A stretch of 62,897 nucleotides of DNA, filler included, from Pelomyxa schiedti (taxonomy: Eukaryota; Protista; Evosea): assembly GCA_020536535.1 (NCBI GenBank). It is 7 parts of 7 records of this genome, joined end to end, with 100 filler letters (N's around TTAATTAATTAA, not from the genome) between each part and the next. Parts side by side here need not be neighbours in the genome. Positions count along the whole stretch, not along the records: positions 26,300 to 36,296 come from JAHLWZ010000271.1; positions 36,397 to 39,560 come from JAHLWZ010001814.1; positions 39,661 to 59,912 come from JAHLWZ010001092.1; 4 more parts are not named here. The stretch is one strand, 5' to 3'. Below the pieces are notes generated by a model. That model worked only from the letters and a program-made list of their open reading frames with translations. It made no database searches and was not told the DNA's origin. Made by a program: the position numbers and the translations under genes. Within the stretch, counting starts at the first letter, position 1; every line of letters begins with the position of its first letter. Below are positions 33,039 to 44,084 of this stretch, piece after piece.

Positions 33039-34271
33039 TCAGGAGGCAACGACAGTGCACGAATCAATCTCTATGGGTAAAGTGATGGTTCCCAAGAGGA
33101 AACCACTGGAATCTGTCACATCAAAGGCTTGCTTTGATGTTTTTCTGTGGAAGATGAGCCCCGACTGGGAAATTACCAGAGGTGTGTCACTGCCTTGAAA
33201 ACCTTGCAGAACCCTCAGTGGTGCTGAGGAGGCATTGCTACAGTCCCAAATTTCAACAACAGTGGCAAAATTCTTCATGGAACCACCCTTCAGGATGCAA
33301 AACAAGAAAGTGCTCAACTGTGACAAGCACAGAACATGACCAGAAATGAACCTGCACGCACCAACACCTTCTGTAACTTCAACCACAGAATCACAGCCGA
33401 AAGCCGGAATCATTTGAACTTGGCAAATGAATACACGATCACCACTGGATTTGTTCATAACGAGGCTGGAGGAACGCAAGTTATTAATGTCAACAGAGAA
33501 CAGGCATTTCGTCATGCTCAACACAGAAACATGTTTGGTGGCAAATGTCTTGTTGACATCGATCACAAGCAGGAACTGACTCGTTTCCACGAGAAGCATC
33601 AAAACTGCCTCATCTGGAAATTGTTTGTTGAACGCAATCCCTGGGCACATGAAAAACAAACACTCTCTCAAGATTTGATGGCAGTTGTGAATCTTTATTT
33701 TTGCCGCGCAACAGTCAGAGTGTAGAACAGCCTGGTTCTGATGAAGATGAAGGTCACCCAAATCGCCGCTCAAGTTTACAACCACCAGTTTTCTAGATCG
33801 ATGGTCATAATGCAACCACCACCTGTGATTGGCAGCGTGTACGATATCCGCGGGAGAGTTGCTCTCGCTCAGCAGCCACGTGCGCTTCTCAGTCGCCACG
33901 TCCAACAACGAGAAGCTCTGGCTTCGCCCAGCCATCTGCGTGACAACCAGGCGATTAGCGTCGACGGCAACGGGGCGCGGCTGGGTAAACCACAGGCACC
34001 AGCTCCCGCGCAACTTCACATCCCTGGTCACGCTCATCAGCGTCGACGACACACCGAATGTGTAGTAACTCGCTGAGCGATTCCCGTGGGTGAGAACAAG
34101 CAGGCCGAGGACGGACTCGGAGTCGGGGCCGAGGCACCAGTCCCACAATGGCGCGGTAGCGAGCGGGGGCAGGGAAACGAAGTGGCGGGCTGGGCTCGAC
34201 GCACCGCACCGATTGTGGGATGCCATCACCAACGCAAGAAGTTGTTCTCGCGCACTTTCTGCAGCCAGCAT
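33039..34271 (-). CDS. Header/beta-rich family member 6, intronless
   Basis: MLAAESAREQLLALVMASHNRCGASSPARHFV; same body motifs; AATAAA downstream at ~33021-33026 (minus strand). Confidence 0.85.
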   Translation of the reverse strand: MLAAESAREQLLALVMASHNRCGASSPARHFVSLPPLATAPLWDWCLGPDSESVLGLLVLTHGNRSASYYTFGVSSTLMSVTRDVKLRGSWCLWFTQPRPVAVDANRLVVTQMAGRSQSFSLLDVATEKRTWLLSESNSPADIVHAANHRWWLHYDHRSRKLVVVNLSGDLGDLHLHQNQAVLHSDCCAAKIKIHNCHQILRECLFFMCPGIAFNKQFPDEAVLMLLVETSQFLLVIDVNKTFATKHVSVLSMTKCLFSVDINNLRSSSLVMNKSSGDRVFICQVQMIPAFGCDSVVEVTEGVGACRFISGHVLCLSQLSTFLFCILKGGSMKNFATVVEIWDCSNASSAPLRVLQGFQGSDTPLVISQSGLIFHRKTSKQAFDVTDSSGFLLGTITLPIEIDSCTVVAS

Positions 34272-34920
34272 CGTTTTCGGGTATTAGCTTTAGCATAAGG
34301 GTGATGATGAGCATCTGAAGCGTCGTTCCTCCCGGGAGACAAAGTTTCGGCGAGAAAGAGGGAGGCTGCGATGGCGCTGGTGAAAACCTCCGGCAACAAA
34401 AAAAAAATAGATCATTGAGATGTGCAAGAGACCTTTTCCTCTGCAACACCAGGTTCTTTCTTTTTTCTTTTTCTTTGACTGCAATTCGCCACATTTTTGA
34501 AAGCTGGTGATTGTGACAAATCGTGGACCGAGTTCTACTCATTTCACTTCAACTTCTGATGAGTCCTCACTACTTGTGGGGAATGCACGAATGATCTCAT
34601 GGTGGATTGATGTGGGACCGGCAGATCTGTTCTAACACAGCCTTGTTGCTGATATCGTTGATCAAGCGCCCGTTTCATTTTCAGGTCGCTCAGGTGGGAC
34701 ACCAGCTCATCCACACCCCCCAATAATAATCGACTTCCGCATGTGAAAGCACAAAACGCGTTTTTCGCAAAATTGAACTTTGAACAAAAAGACCACTTTT
34801 CCTGTACATCGGCAGCTGCACCACCGGTTGATTACAGTACTGAGCACTTGGTTTCCAACCGCCCCTTAATTCAAAGTAATCTCTGCTGAATCCAAAAAAT
34901 AAAAAGCAAGTAACCAACAA

Positions 34921-36296
<1,376 letters not shown>

Positions 36297-36396
36297 NNNN
36301 NNNNNNNNNNNNNNNNNNNNNNNNNNNNNNNNNNNNNNNNTTAATTAATTAANNNNNNNNNNNNNNNNNNNNNNNNNNNNNNNNNNNNNNNNNNNN
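36297..36396. other. Artificial contig linker
   Basis: TTAATTAATTAA at 36341-36352 within Ns. Confidence 0.97.
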
Positions 36397-37485
36397 ATCC
36401 CCCTGTATTGTATGTTTTTTCCTCCTATGACGTCTGGTGCGTGTTGTTTACTTTTGGTGTTGAACGGCGGTGTCGTTTTTTTCAAAGACGATTTTGCGTG
36501 CAACAACCTCTTTTTTTACTTTTCGTTGCTCTTGTTCCCTGTGTGCATAATAAAAAAATTAAAAAATCTTCCCGCACAGGGAACATATGGCGCATACACA
36601 ATCGCGCTTTGTGCACAAAAGGCGCATCTTTCTCAAAATCTCTCGCTTATGAAGAGAACTTGGGCACAGGAAGATTTTTCAGATGCTTCGTATGTAGCAA
36701 ATCTGTCTGTGGGTGTGATTACAGCTTGGTGGTGTGGCTGAATAAGGGTGGAGAGATAGCTGATGCCCAACAATTGTGGGGTGGGTTTCTGGTCATGTTG
36801 AACAAGGTTTCTAGAATTCTATTCACTATTGGTTTTTTCTAATAAATTAGGTAGGTTTCGATGATATTGAAGACATCCTCCTTCCTTAGGGATAATGAGT
36901 GGTTTATTGATGTATGCGGAGGCTTTTGTACAAACGAGCTGGTGCCTAATGTAGACCTGCCAGGTATTAAAAAAAAAAAGGACAGCAATAAATCAACTAA
37001 CAAAATGAAAAAAGCTTCACAACGAGTTTCCTGAATCATCTTTGCTTGTACTTAGACTCGGCTTCATGCCCCGGTCTCTAATATATCTTTGTTCACTGGG
37101 CAGGGAGGATAGCACCAAAGGCATAAATCATCTCATTATTATTGTTAATACTAAACGGCAGGCATTCCCAACAATTATTCGGAACTGGTCTCTACTCAAG
37201 CAAGCTTCTCTTCACCACACCCACAGTTGCAGGTTCCCTTTTCCCATCACTCACTGACAGTCAGCTTGCATGATAAAAACCCACAATCAACACAACACCA
37301 CTTCGATTTTGCCACATCAAATTCAAATAGATTGAAAATAAACAGTTTCTTTCAAATCCTCGGTGTCTCTATCTATTCCTGACTTGAGACCCCAAAGTTT
37401 CTCAACCGGTATGCACCCTAAACTGGCAGTCTACGAAGATCATTTTCAGACAAGCAGTGGCGAGGTGCCTGCGCCACAAGCAGTC

Positions 37486-39406
37486 TCACGGAAAGCATCC
37501 TTTCAGTAGGGTGTTGAGTCTCTCGCCGGCCCCTTCATGTTCGCCTTCTACCGCTCGCTTGTAGAGCGCCACTGCCATTCTGATGTCCTTGGTGACACCC
37601 CGGCCCTTATGGAAACACGTCCCAAGGGCAGCCATTGCCTCCACACAGCCGGAATCGGCTGCCCTCCAGTAGAGAGACACGGCCTGGTGGATGTCCTTGC
37701 CAACACCATGCCCATTCTCATAGCACAGACCGAGGTTGTACATTGCGTAGGTCTCACCGGCATCAGTAGCCTGCTGGAAGAGTGAAGCGGCCCGGCGGTG
37801 GTTCTTGTGAACACCGGTGCCATGGTAGTAACACACACCAAGCTCCACCATGGCGTCGGGATCGCCGGCTTCGGCAGCCTTACTGAAGAATGGTATCGCT
37901 TGAGTTATATCTGTGTCGACGCCATCGCCAGTTTTGTAACACATGGCAAGGTTATACATTCCTTCAGAACTGCCAGCAGCGGCAGCCCTCATGTACAGGG
38001 AGACACCCCGGCCGATGTCCTCAGCAATGCCACTTCCAGTTTGGTAACATACACCAAGGTTATTCATTGCGGTAGCATCGCCAGAATCAGAGGCCTTCAT
38101 CCAAAGTGACACAGCCCGTTTGACATCGACTTCAACACCATCACCGTTTTTGTAACGCACCCCAAGGGTGCACGATGCACCGGCATCACCACCATCAGCA
38201 GCTCTCTGCAAGAGCAGGATAGACTGGCTGGAGTCCCTGCAGACCCCCTGTCCATGCTGGTAGCAGAAAGCAAGCTTCAGTATCGCTCTTGGATTTCCGG
38301 CATCTGCAGACCTCCTCCAAAGTGGGATGGCCTGGGTGATGTCCTTGTCAACGCCAGTCCCATTGCTGTAACACAACCCCAGGTTGAACGTTCCTCTGGC
38401 ATGTTCAGCATCAGCAGCCCTCTGGAAGAGCTGGAAGGCTTTGTTGTTATCCTTAGCCAACCCCCCACGTCCACAACTGTATAATGTACCAAGGAGTGAC
38501 AGACATGAATAACGCAGGAGGTTTCCTGGAGGGCAACTATCTGAAAGTTCCATCCAGATCGGCAAACACGAAGTTACCTCCAAACAGAAAGTTTTCCACA
38601 AAGCCACGAAAAGCATGCGCGCCCACGATGTTTGCCGCCGTTCTTCTTGTTGAGAGTCACTGTTATGCTCCCCTCCTTGTGGCATCGTAGATTGTGACTC
38701 GCCACCAAAGTCCACATCATAAGTGCATGATGCAACAAGGGAGTCCCACTCTTCTGAAAGGCTCGTTGTTGTAGTAGTCCCCTCATCCTCTCCGTTTTGT
38801 TCGTTATGTGTTGGCTGTAGTGCCGCACTCTTGGCTAACAACAGCACGGCCTTGCAATGGCCCATCATGTCGACTGTGGGAGAGGAAATGCCACGGGAAA
38901 ATAAACTTGAAAGGTTTGTAGGAAGCAGCCGATTCAGTGCAACATAATCATTTGTCAGTAGAGCCGCACCGTAAAGAAAGAGCAGCCCAGGGAGGTAACA
39001 TAATTCGTCTACTTGCACTGGTTCATGTGACCCACTTGTTTGTTTTCCTACTTTATTTGTTAGTGGCAAAAACACAGGGGAAAAAAAAAAAGAAACATAA
39101 GTGAGCTGAAAATTGTCAAACCAATGCTGATGTAGTGACAGCTCTCAAAATGTTTCACAGCCTCTGAAACAAGACCAATTGCAGCCTCAGTGTTTCCGGC
39201 CTCCAACTGAGAAAGGGCCTTGAGCATCATTTGGTTTCGTGGGTGCTGCCGAGAATCTTTTAATGGGGTTTTGTTACTTTCGTTTGTGTTTGACGCAATG
39301 GGGTTGTTTTGGGTTGTTTGTTCGACTGTGCAATTTTGCAAGAGTTTGTACTGCACTGTGTTTTAAAAAAAACCATCTGTGGGTTGCCTGTTCGCGTCGA
39401 CGCCAT
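37486..39406 (-). CDS. SEL1-repeat protein (about 9 repeats) homologous to the C-terminal half of the kinase-SEL1 gene; start uncertain
   Basis: RNQMMLKALSQLEAG and CYLPGLLFL match RNEMMMEALSQLELG and EYLPGLLFL of the 14808-18204 gene, followed by a long SEL1 array. Candidate ATG at 39406 follows a CAA-rich leader. Confidence 0.85.
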
Positions 39407-39560
39407 TGTTTTGTTTGTATTGATGGAAAGAAAGCACTGTTCGAAGAAAGGAAGATAAACGGGAATTTTGGGATCCGAAAATTTTTCACTTTTGGGATGT
39501 CCCTTTATGGTTATTATATGAACAAGTCCAGCTCATAGCGTAAGAACGAGTTGCGTTCAT

Positions 39561-39660
39561 NNNNNNNNNNNNNNNNNNNNNNNNNNNNNNNNNNNNNNNN
39601 NNNNTTAATTAATTAANNNNNNNNNNNNNNNNNNNNNNNNNNNNNNNNNNNNNNNNNNNN
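39561..39660. other. Artificial contig linker
   Basis: TTAATTAATTAA at 39605-39616 within Ns. Confidence 0.97.
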
Positions 39661-40170
39661 AGAGGGTGAATGGCGGGTAAAGCCTGCCATGCACTATGTT
39701 TGTCAGTGGCGTCCATTGTCCTGTTGTTGTTGAGTGGTTATAAGACAAGGGAGAGGGAATGTACCTTGGTGATAGATTGTCGGCAGGTCCGCCACCTAAA
39801 TAATATATGTGAGCTGCAGGGGAAAGAAAAAAAGAAGCCACCTACCAGCATCACTGTTCAAAGTGCCGGAAATGCAGAAAAGGGCTGTGGTGTACAACAC
39901 TGGAACCTGGGTCTGGTTACCTACGTATCATGGTTGGGTGATAATACAAAGGGAGAGGGGGATGGGGATTTACCGTGGACAGGCTGTCATCTCAGCAGCC
40001 GACAAGTTGCAACACGACCTGCTTATAAAGTGTGAACTCGAAAAAGAAAAACAGAGAAGATACCTGCAGCTCTGGCTTGGTTCGGAAGTCTGACTGAGTG
40101 CCGCAGGGAATCGGTCTATGTTGCAGTCAGGAAATGGAACACAATAGTAAGTTTAAACAAGACTAAAGAA

Positions 40171-40255
40171 AAACGAGACGAGACGAAACGGAGCGGAGCG
40201 GAGCGAAACGGAACGGAACGAAACGGAGCGGAGCGTAACGAAACGAAACGAAACG
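40171..40255. repeat. Degenerate pentanucleotide repeat (NRRCG)x17
   Basis: AAACG, AGACG, GAGCG, GAACG and TAACG units in perfect 5-nt register. Confidence 0.95.
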
Positions 40256-40797
40256 AAACTCGAAAGGAATAAATTGATACGATTACCCTCCACTTCCATC
40301 CTCGCTAATAAGCTGAAAAACCAAACATAAACTGAAGAGTTTTTATAAAAAGAAGACGATGACAACCTGCTGTCGATGTGGGTGTTGCTCTGTCTTCATA
40401 TGTGGTCCGCCACCGACCCGCTGTCTATGTGGGTGTTGTTTGTTGGTCACGGCTCTGGGCACTTACGTCGGTGTTGTTTCTTTTTATTGTCGTGCAACTG
40501 ATTGTTTTCACGGAAAGTGCAGTTCGCCAACACACAGAGCACTGGCACAGCTGCTGTCACATTCTCTACATGCGAGGCATTGTCCTGCGAGTGCGCGGAG
40601 CTGCGCATGCCACCCGTGAGATCAGGTTCTATTTACCTTCTTCTGTTCTTTTCTATGGGAGAAACCCCAAAAAGGTGCCAACAACCAAAAACGGACAGAT
40701 TTCAGAGAAACTGGCTTTCAAACCCAACACGCTCTGCTGAACTTGAATCGTCAGGCCAATAATAGTAGGGAGGGTTGGACATAATGGAAGGACCAAC

Positions 40798-41823
40798 TTG
40801 TCTTCATCTCTGTTGCTGAGGACCATGTGGGACGAGCACTGTGCAAAGAGGCTGTTCAGGGTGTTGCTTACGAGCAGGTACAAGCTCACTCCCACAATTC
40901 ACTATGTGGAGTTTGGCCTGTCGGCAGTATTGACAGGTGTGACCAGCGCATCGGTGGAGACTCGAGTGGTGAGGGACTTTGAATTATGGGTGGACAGAGC
41001 CCGCTTTATTTGTACAGTTCCGGGAAATGATGGGAAATTCCCGTACCTCATCAAGGATACAATTGGGGGGACAACAAAGCCAGTATGCACTTTGGATAGA
41101 TTACTTCCAGTGATTAGCAGAGAAGAATATGCTATAAATGAGAGATGGTGGGCATTGTTCCTATCCAGCGCTGAATTCCTGGTTATTAACTTGAATGACA
41201 CTCGACCGGCCGAAACGGCAACTAATATCCGAATGCCAGATAGCAGTGATTGGAAATCTGTGTTGGCTTCGAGGTTCTGCAGCTGGAATCCAGACCACTT
41301 TGTTGGCCGGTGGATAGGAACTGACCTCTCTTTGCTTAGAGTGATCGACCTTGACCAAACACAGAAGACCAGGAGTCTGGAAGTGGTGGCAACAACCAGA
41401 GCCCCATTTTTCATTTGCACTGCTTTGCTTTTCAAGAAAAGAAATGCACCAAATGTGTTCATTGTGAAAACGTCAAACGAAATGTGCTGCAGTGGGCTCT
41501 ATGAAATCCAACAAGATACCAGTGAAGTCAAATTGCTCAGGCAGTTTCCTTCACTCTGTACATTTGTGTTATCCCAGGTTAGTCCCACCCTCTTCTGCGT
41601 CTCATTTCCAGTTGTGATGAAGCACGAATTATGGGATGTTAACACCTCAGCGGTGCTGAAAGAGGTACGGAACAATGGCTACTGGATCACCTTGGCAGAA
41701 TCTGAGTTCCTTGTTCATTTTTGCCTTTCCCAGTTGAAGGTGATAGATGCAATCTCAAACACACTCACCATTGACCGCAAGAATACTCCTCTTGACGTTG
41801 AAAGAGTATCGTCATTCCTGTGA
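40798..41823 (+). CDS. Divergent member of the beta-rich superfamily lacking a recognisable header; intronless; start uncertain (possible pseudogene)
   Basis: YVEFGLSAVLTGVT, AINERWW, VIDLDQT...SLEVV, LSQVSPTLFCV and ELWDVN match the family body motifs. Confidence 0.65.
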   Translation: MSSSLLLRTMWDEHCAKRLFRVLLTSRYKLTPTIHYVEFGLSAVLTGVTSASVETRVVRDFELWVDRARFICTVPGNDGKFPYLIKDTIGGTTKPVCTLDRLLPVISREEYAINERWWALFLSSAEFLVINLNDTRPAETATNIRMPDSSDWKSVLASRFCSWNPDHFVGRWIGTDLSLLRVIDLDQTQKTRSLEVVATTRAPFFICTALLFKKRNAPNVFIVKTSNEMCCSGLYEIQQDTSEVKLLRQFPSLCTFVLSQVSPTLFCVSFPVVMKHELWDVNTSAVLKEVRNNGYWITLAESEFLVHFCLSQLKVIDAISNTLTIDRKNTPLDVERVSSFL

Positions 41824-42664
41824 TTCGCATTCTCACCATCACACCAAGAAAAAGAACTTTACGAAACGCCACCACGGTTCCCCGCCACAAAATAACCGAC
41901 AAAGGGGGTCACCCATAACTACACTTCACCTCCATGCCTCTGGGCGCAGGTATCGAGTTCGTGCGCCTTGCGCTCGTGTTCCGCTCGCTGTCGTGGATGT
42001 GGATGCCACCAAACGTAACCAGTGCCGCGCGTCTCGCCGCGTCACAAACTTATGGGGAGGGCACCGTAGCAGCAGCGACGGAACACGAGCTTTTGCCTTG
42101 TTACTGGGGAATGTTGTGGGTGAATCTAGGCCTGTTGGTTTTGATTATTCTGTCTAGGCCCAGGCAGTTTGCGGGTTCAAAGACCCTCAGGTTCCTTCCT
42201 ATTTGATATTGATATTGCTATTTCAATGCAATTGCTGTGAACCTTATCTAATTCAAAATCGCGAAGTGTATATACGGAAGTGCCAATTGTTGTGGTATTA
42301 TTATAACAGTACTGTGTGTAGTAAGTATTAGTACTTTGAGGCAGGTTTGGGTGCTGTGAACTAACTATGGTTAATGATTGCCCTTGTGGTAGCCTCTTAC
42401 CACCGTTCTTGATTGTTACTGTGGCAACTGTGTTTGGTACAATTATAAAACCATCTGGATATGCTTGGATCACACCTGGTTTTGGAAGCAGTTGGGGTTC
42501 ACTGACGTATGTTACCCTTCACACTTTCCTTTTTGTGTAATTTCTGAAGATGGCAGCCCACTTATGGGGCAGTGGATGCCACCGTATACTGTATATTTAA
42601 CGCTGCTTTGGGGGGCGTGACCCTGACATTAGTTCTCTTTTTTAACGAATTATATGAGACAAAC

Positions 42665-43967
42665 ATGTTGATTTTTAGCATTTTTGTGCGAGAAGCATTC
42701 TCCATTAGTAGGCGTCACTCCCCTAACTTGCTCTCATAGTATCTTTAGTGTACTACACTGAATCACGGACAGCACTCGTTTCTGAGATTTGTATTATAAT
42801 CGCAGTGTTGAGTAAGAAAACTCTTGATAAAAGACTGCTGTTTATCAGTCCCAGCAAGTATTATCACTTTGTTTTATCTTCTTCTTCTCATTATCCGGGC
42901 CTGGGGTGCAAAAGGTATTCTGACAGAGTTGTACTTGTCACTGGCGCCGCCTCTGGTATGGGGAAAGAAATTGCCATGCAGTAACATCCCTATTTGTAGA
43001 AGTAATACTAAACTGATGAAAGGTACGCTAAAGGTGGTGCCAAATTGATCTTGTTTGACGTCGGAGATACCTCTCACGTTGAGGAGGCATGTCTATCTTT
43101 TGGCCATCCGCATGGATCATTGTTAGCAATACGAGGAAATGTACTCTCTGCTTCTGACTGCAGTAATGCGGCAGATGCGGCCCAGAAAAAGTTTGGTCCC
43201 ATTAATACACTTGTCCACGCAGCAGGGGTTATTGGAAAAACCAAGACATTTATGGAATCCGAAATAGACGAGATGATGACTATCATGGATGTGAATTACA
43301 GGGGTTCTTTGATGGTAGTCTGGATGCGACCTCTTTTTTTCTACTGAATGCAGGCACAAGATAACCAAAGCCTTTCTACCCCAGCTGACTTTTCACAAGA
43401 GCTCTCGAATTCTGGCATTCAGTTCCTGTGTGTCTCAAACTGGCTCAGTTGGTATGAGCGGATATGTTGCTTCTAAATCCGCCGTTCTTGGATTCTTTGA
43501 CTCCCTGAAAATGGAAATTGGTTGGTATCTAGCAGAAGCTCCCCCCACCTAACTTTTTTTTATTCAGAATATCTTGGCTGTATGGTAACTGTAGTGTGCC
43601 CATGGTATGTTGACACCAACTTGTTCAATAACAGTGGAAGTAGCTGGCACAGGGGTTTGATGTACACGTATGAATTCCCAAAACAAAAAAAATCCACCTC
43701 TACAACCCGCATCCACCATATCCCATAATCATAATTCCTACACATAGACCAGACTACGTAGCCGCCCGAGCTAGAATCGCCTCCGACCGCGGGCTACCGC
43801 GTCTGTTTGTTGCACCCATAATGGCCCTCTTCACATTCTACACTCACCTGAGGTTCCTCCTGCCTGATGTTCACGACACCCTCTCTGCTCTCATTGCGCG
43901 CCGATTCACAGCTGGTCCAGCCAATAGTACTACTGCTACTGTGACTCCACCCACAGCAGGACACTGA
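42665..43967 (+). CDS. Classical short-chain dehydrogenase/reductase (17beta-HSD11/RDH10-like), multi-exon; start uncertain
   Basis: VVLVTGAASGMG (TGxxxGxG); LVHAAGV; MDVNYRG; YVASK (YxxxK); VTVVCPWYVDTNL; TGA at 43965-43967. Confidence 0.88.
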
Positions 43968-44084
43968 AAACTGTCGCCACTACAAATGTGAGTTGTGGAT
44001 CCCAATTCAGTAAGTACAGCACTCAAACAAACAGGCCTGACACTAAAATTCAAAACTTTTTTTTTTCTCTTTGGGTGTTCCTTC

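Noticed and set aside
27425-34250. Recurrent near-identical 50-74-nt sequences as a CRISPR-like array
   Set aside because: Spacing is over 1 kb and the repeats are in-frame coding headers of paralogous genes.
34556-34592. CTGATGAG plus hairpin resembling a hammerhead ribozyme core
   Set aside because: The stem is not followed by the required GAAA, and no stems I/III were found.
36397-37480. Short ORFs after the ALT gap
   Set aside because: No recognisable motifs, and not the expected ALT C-terminal exons.
41934-42640. Overlapping short ORFs on both strands
   Set aside because: No consistent exon chain or recognisable domain could be built.
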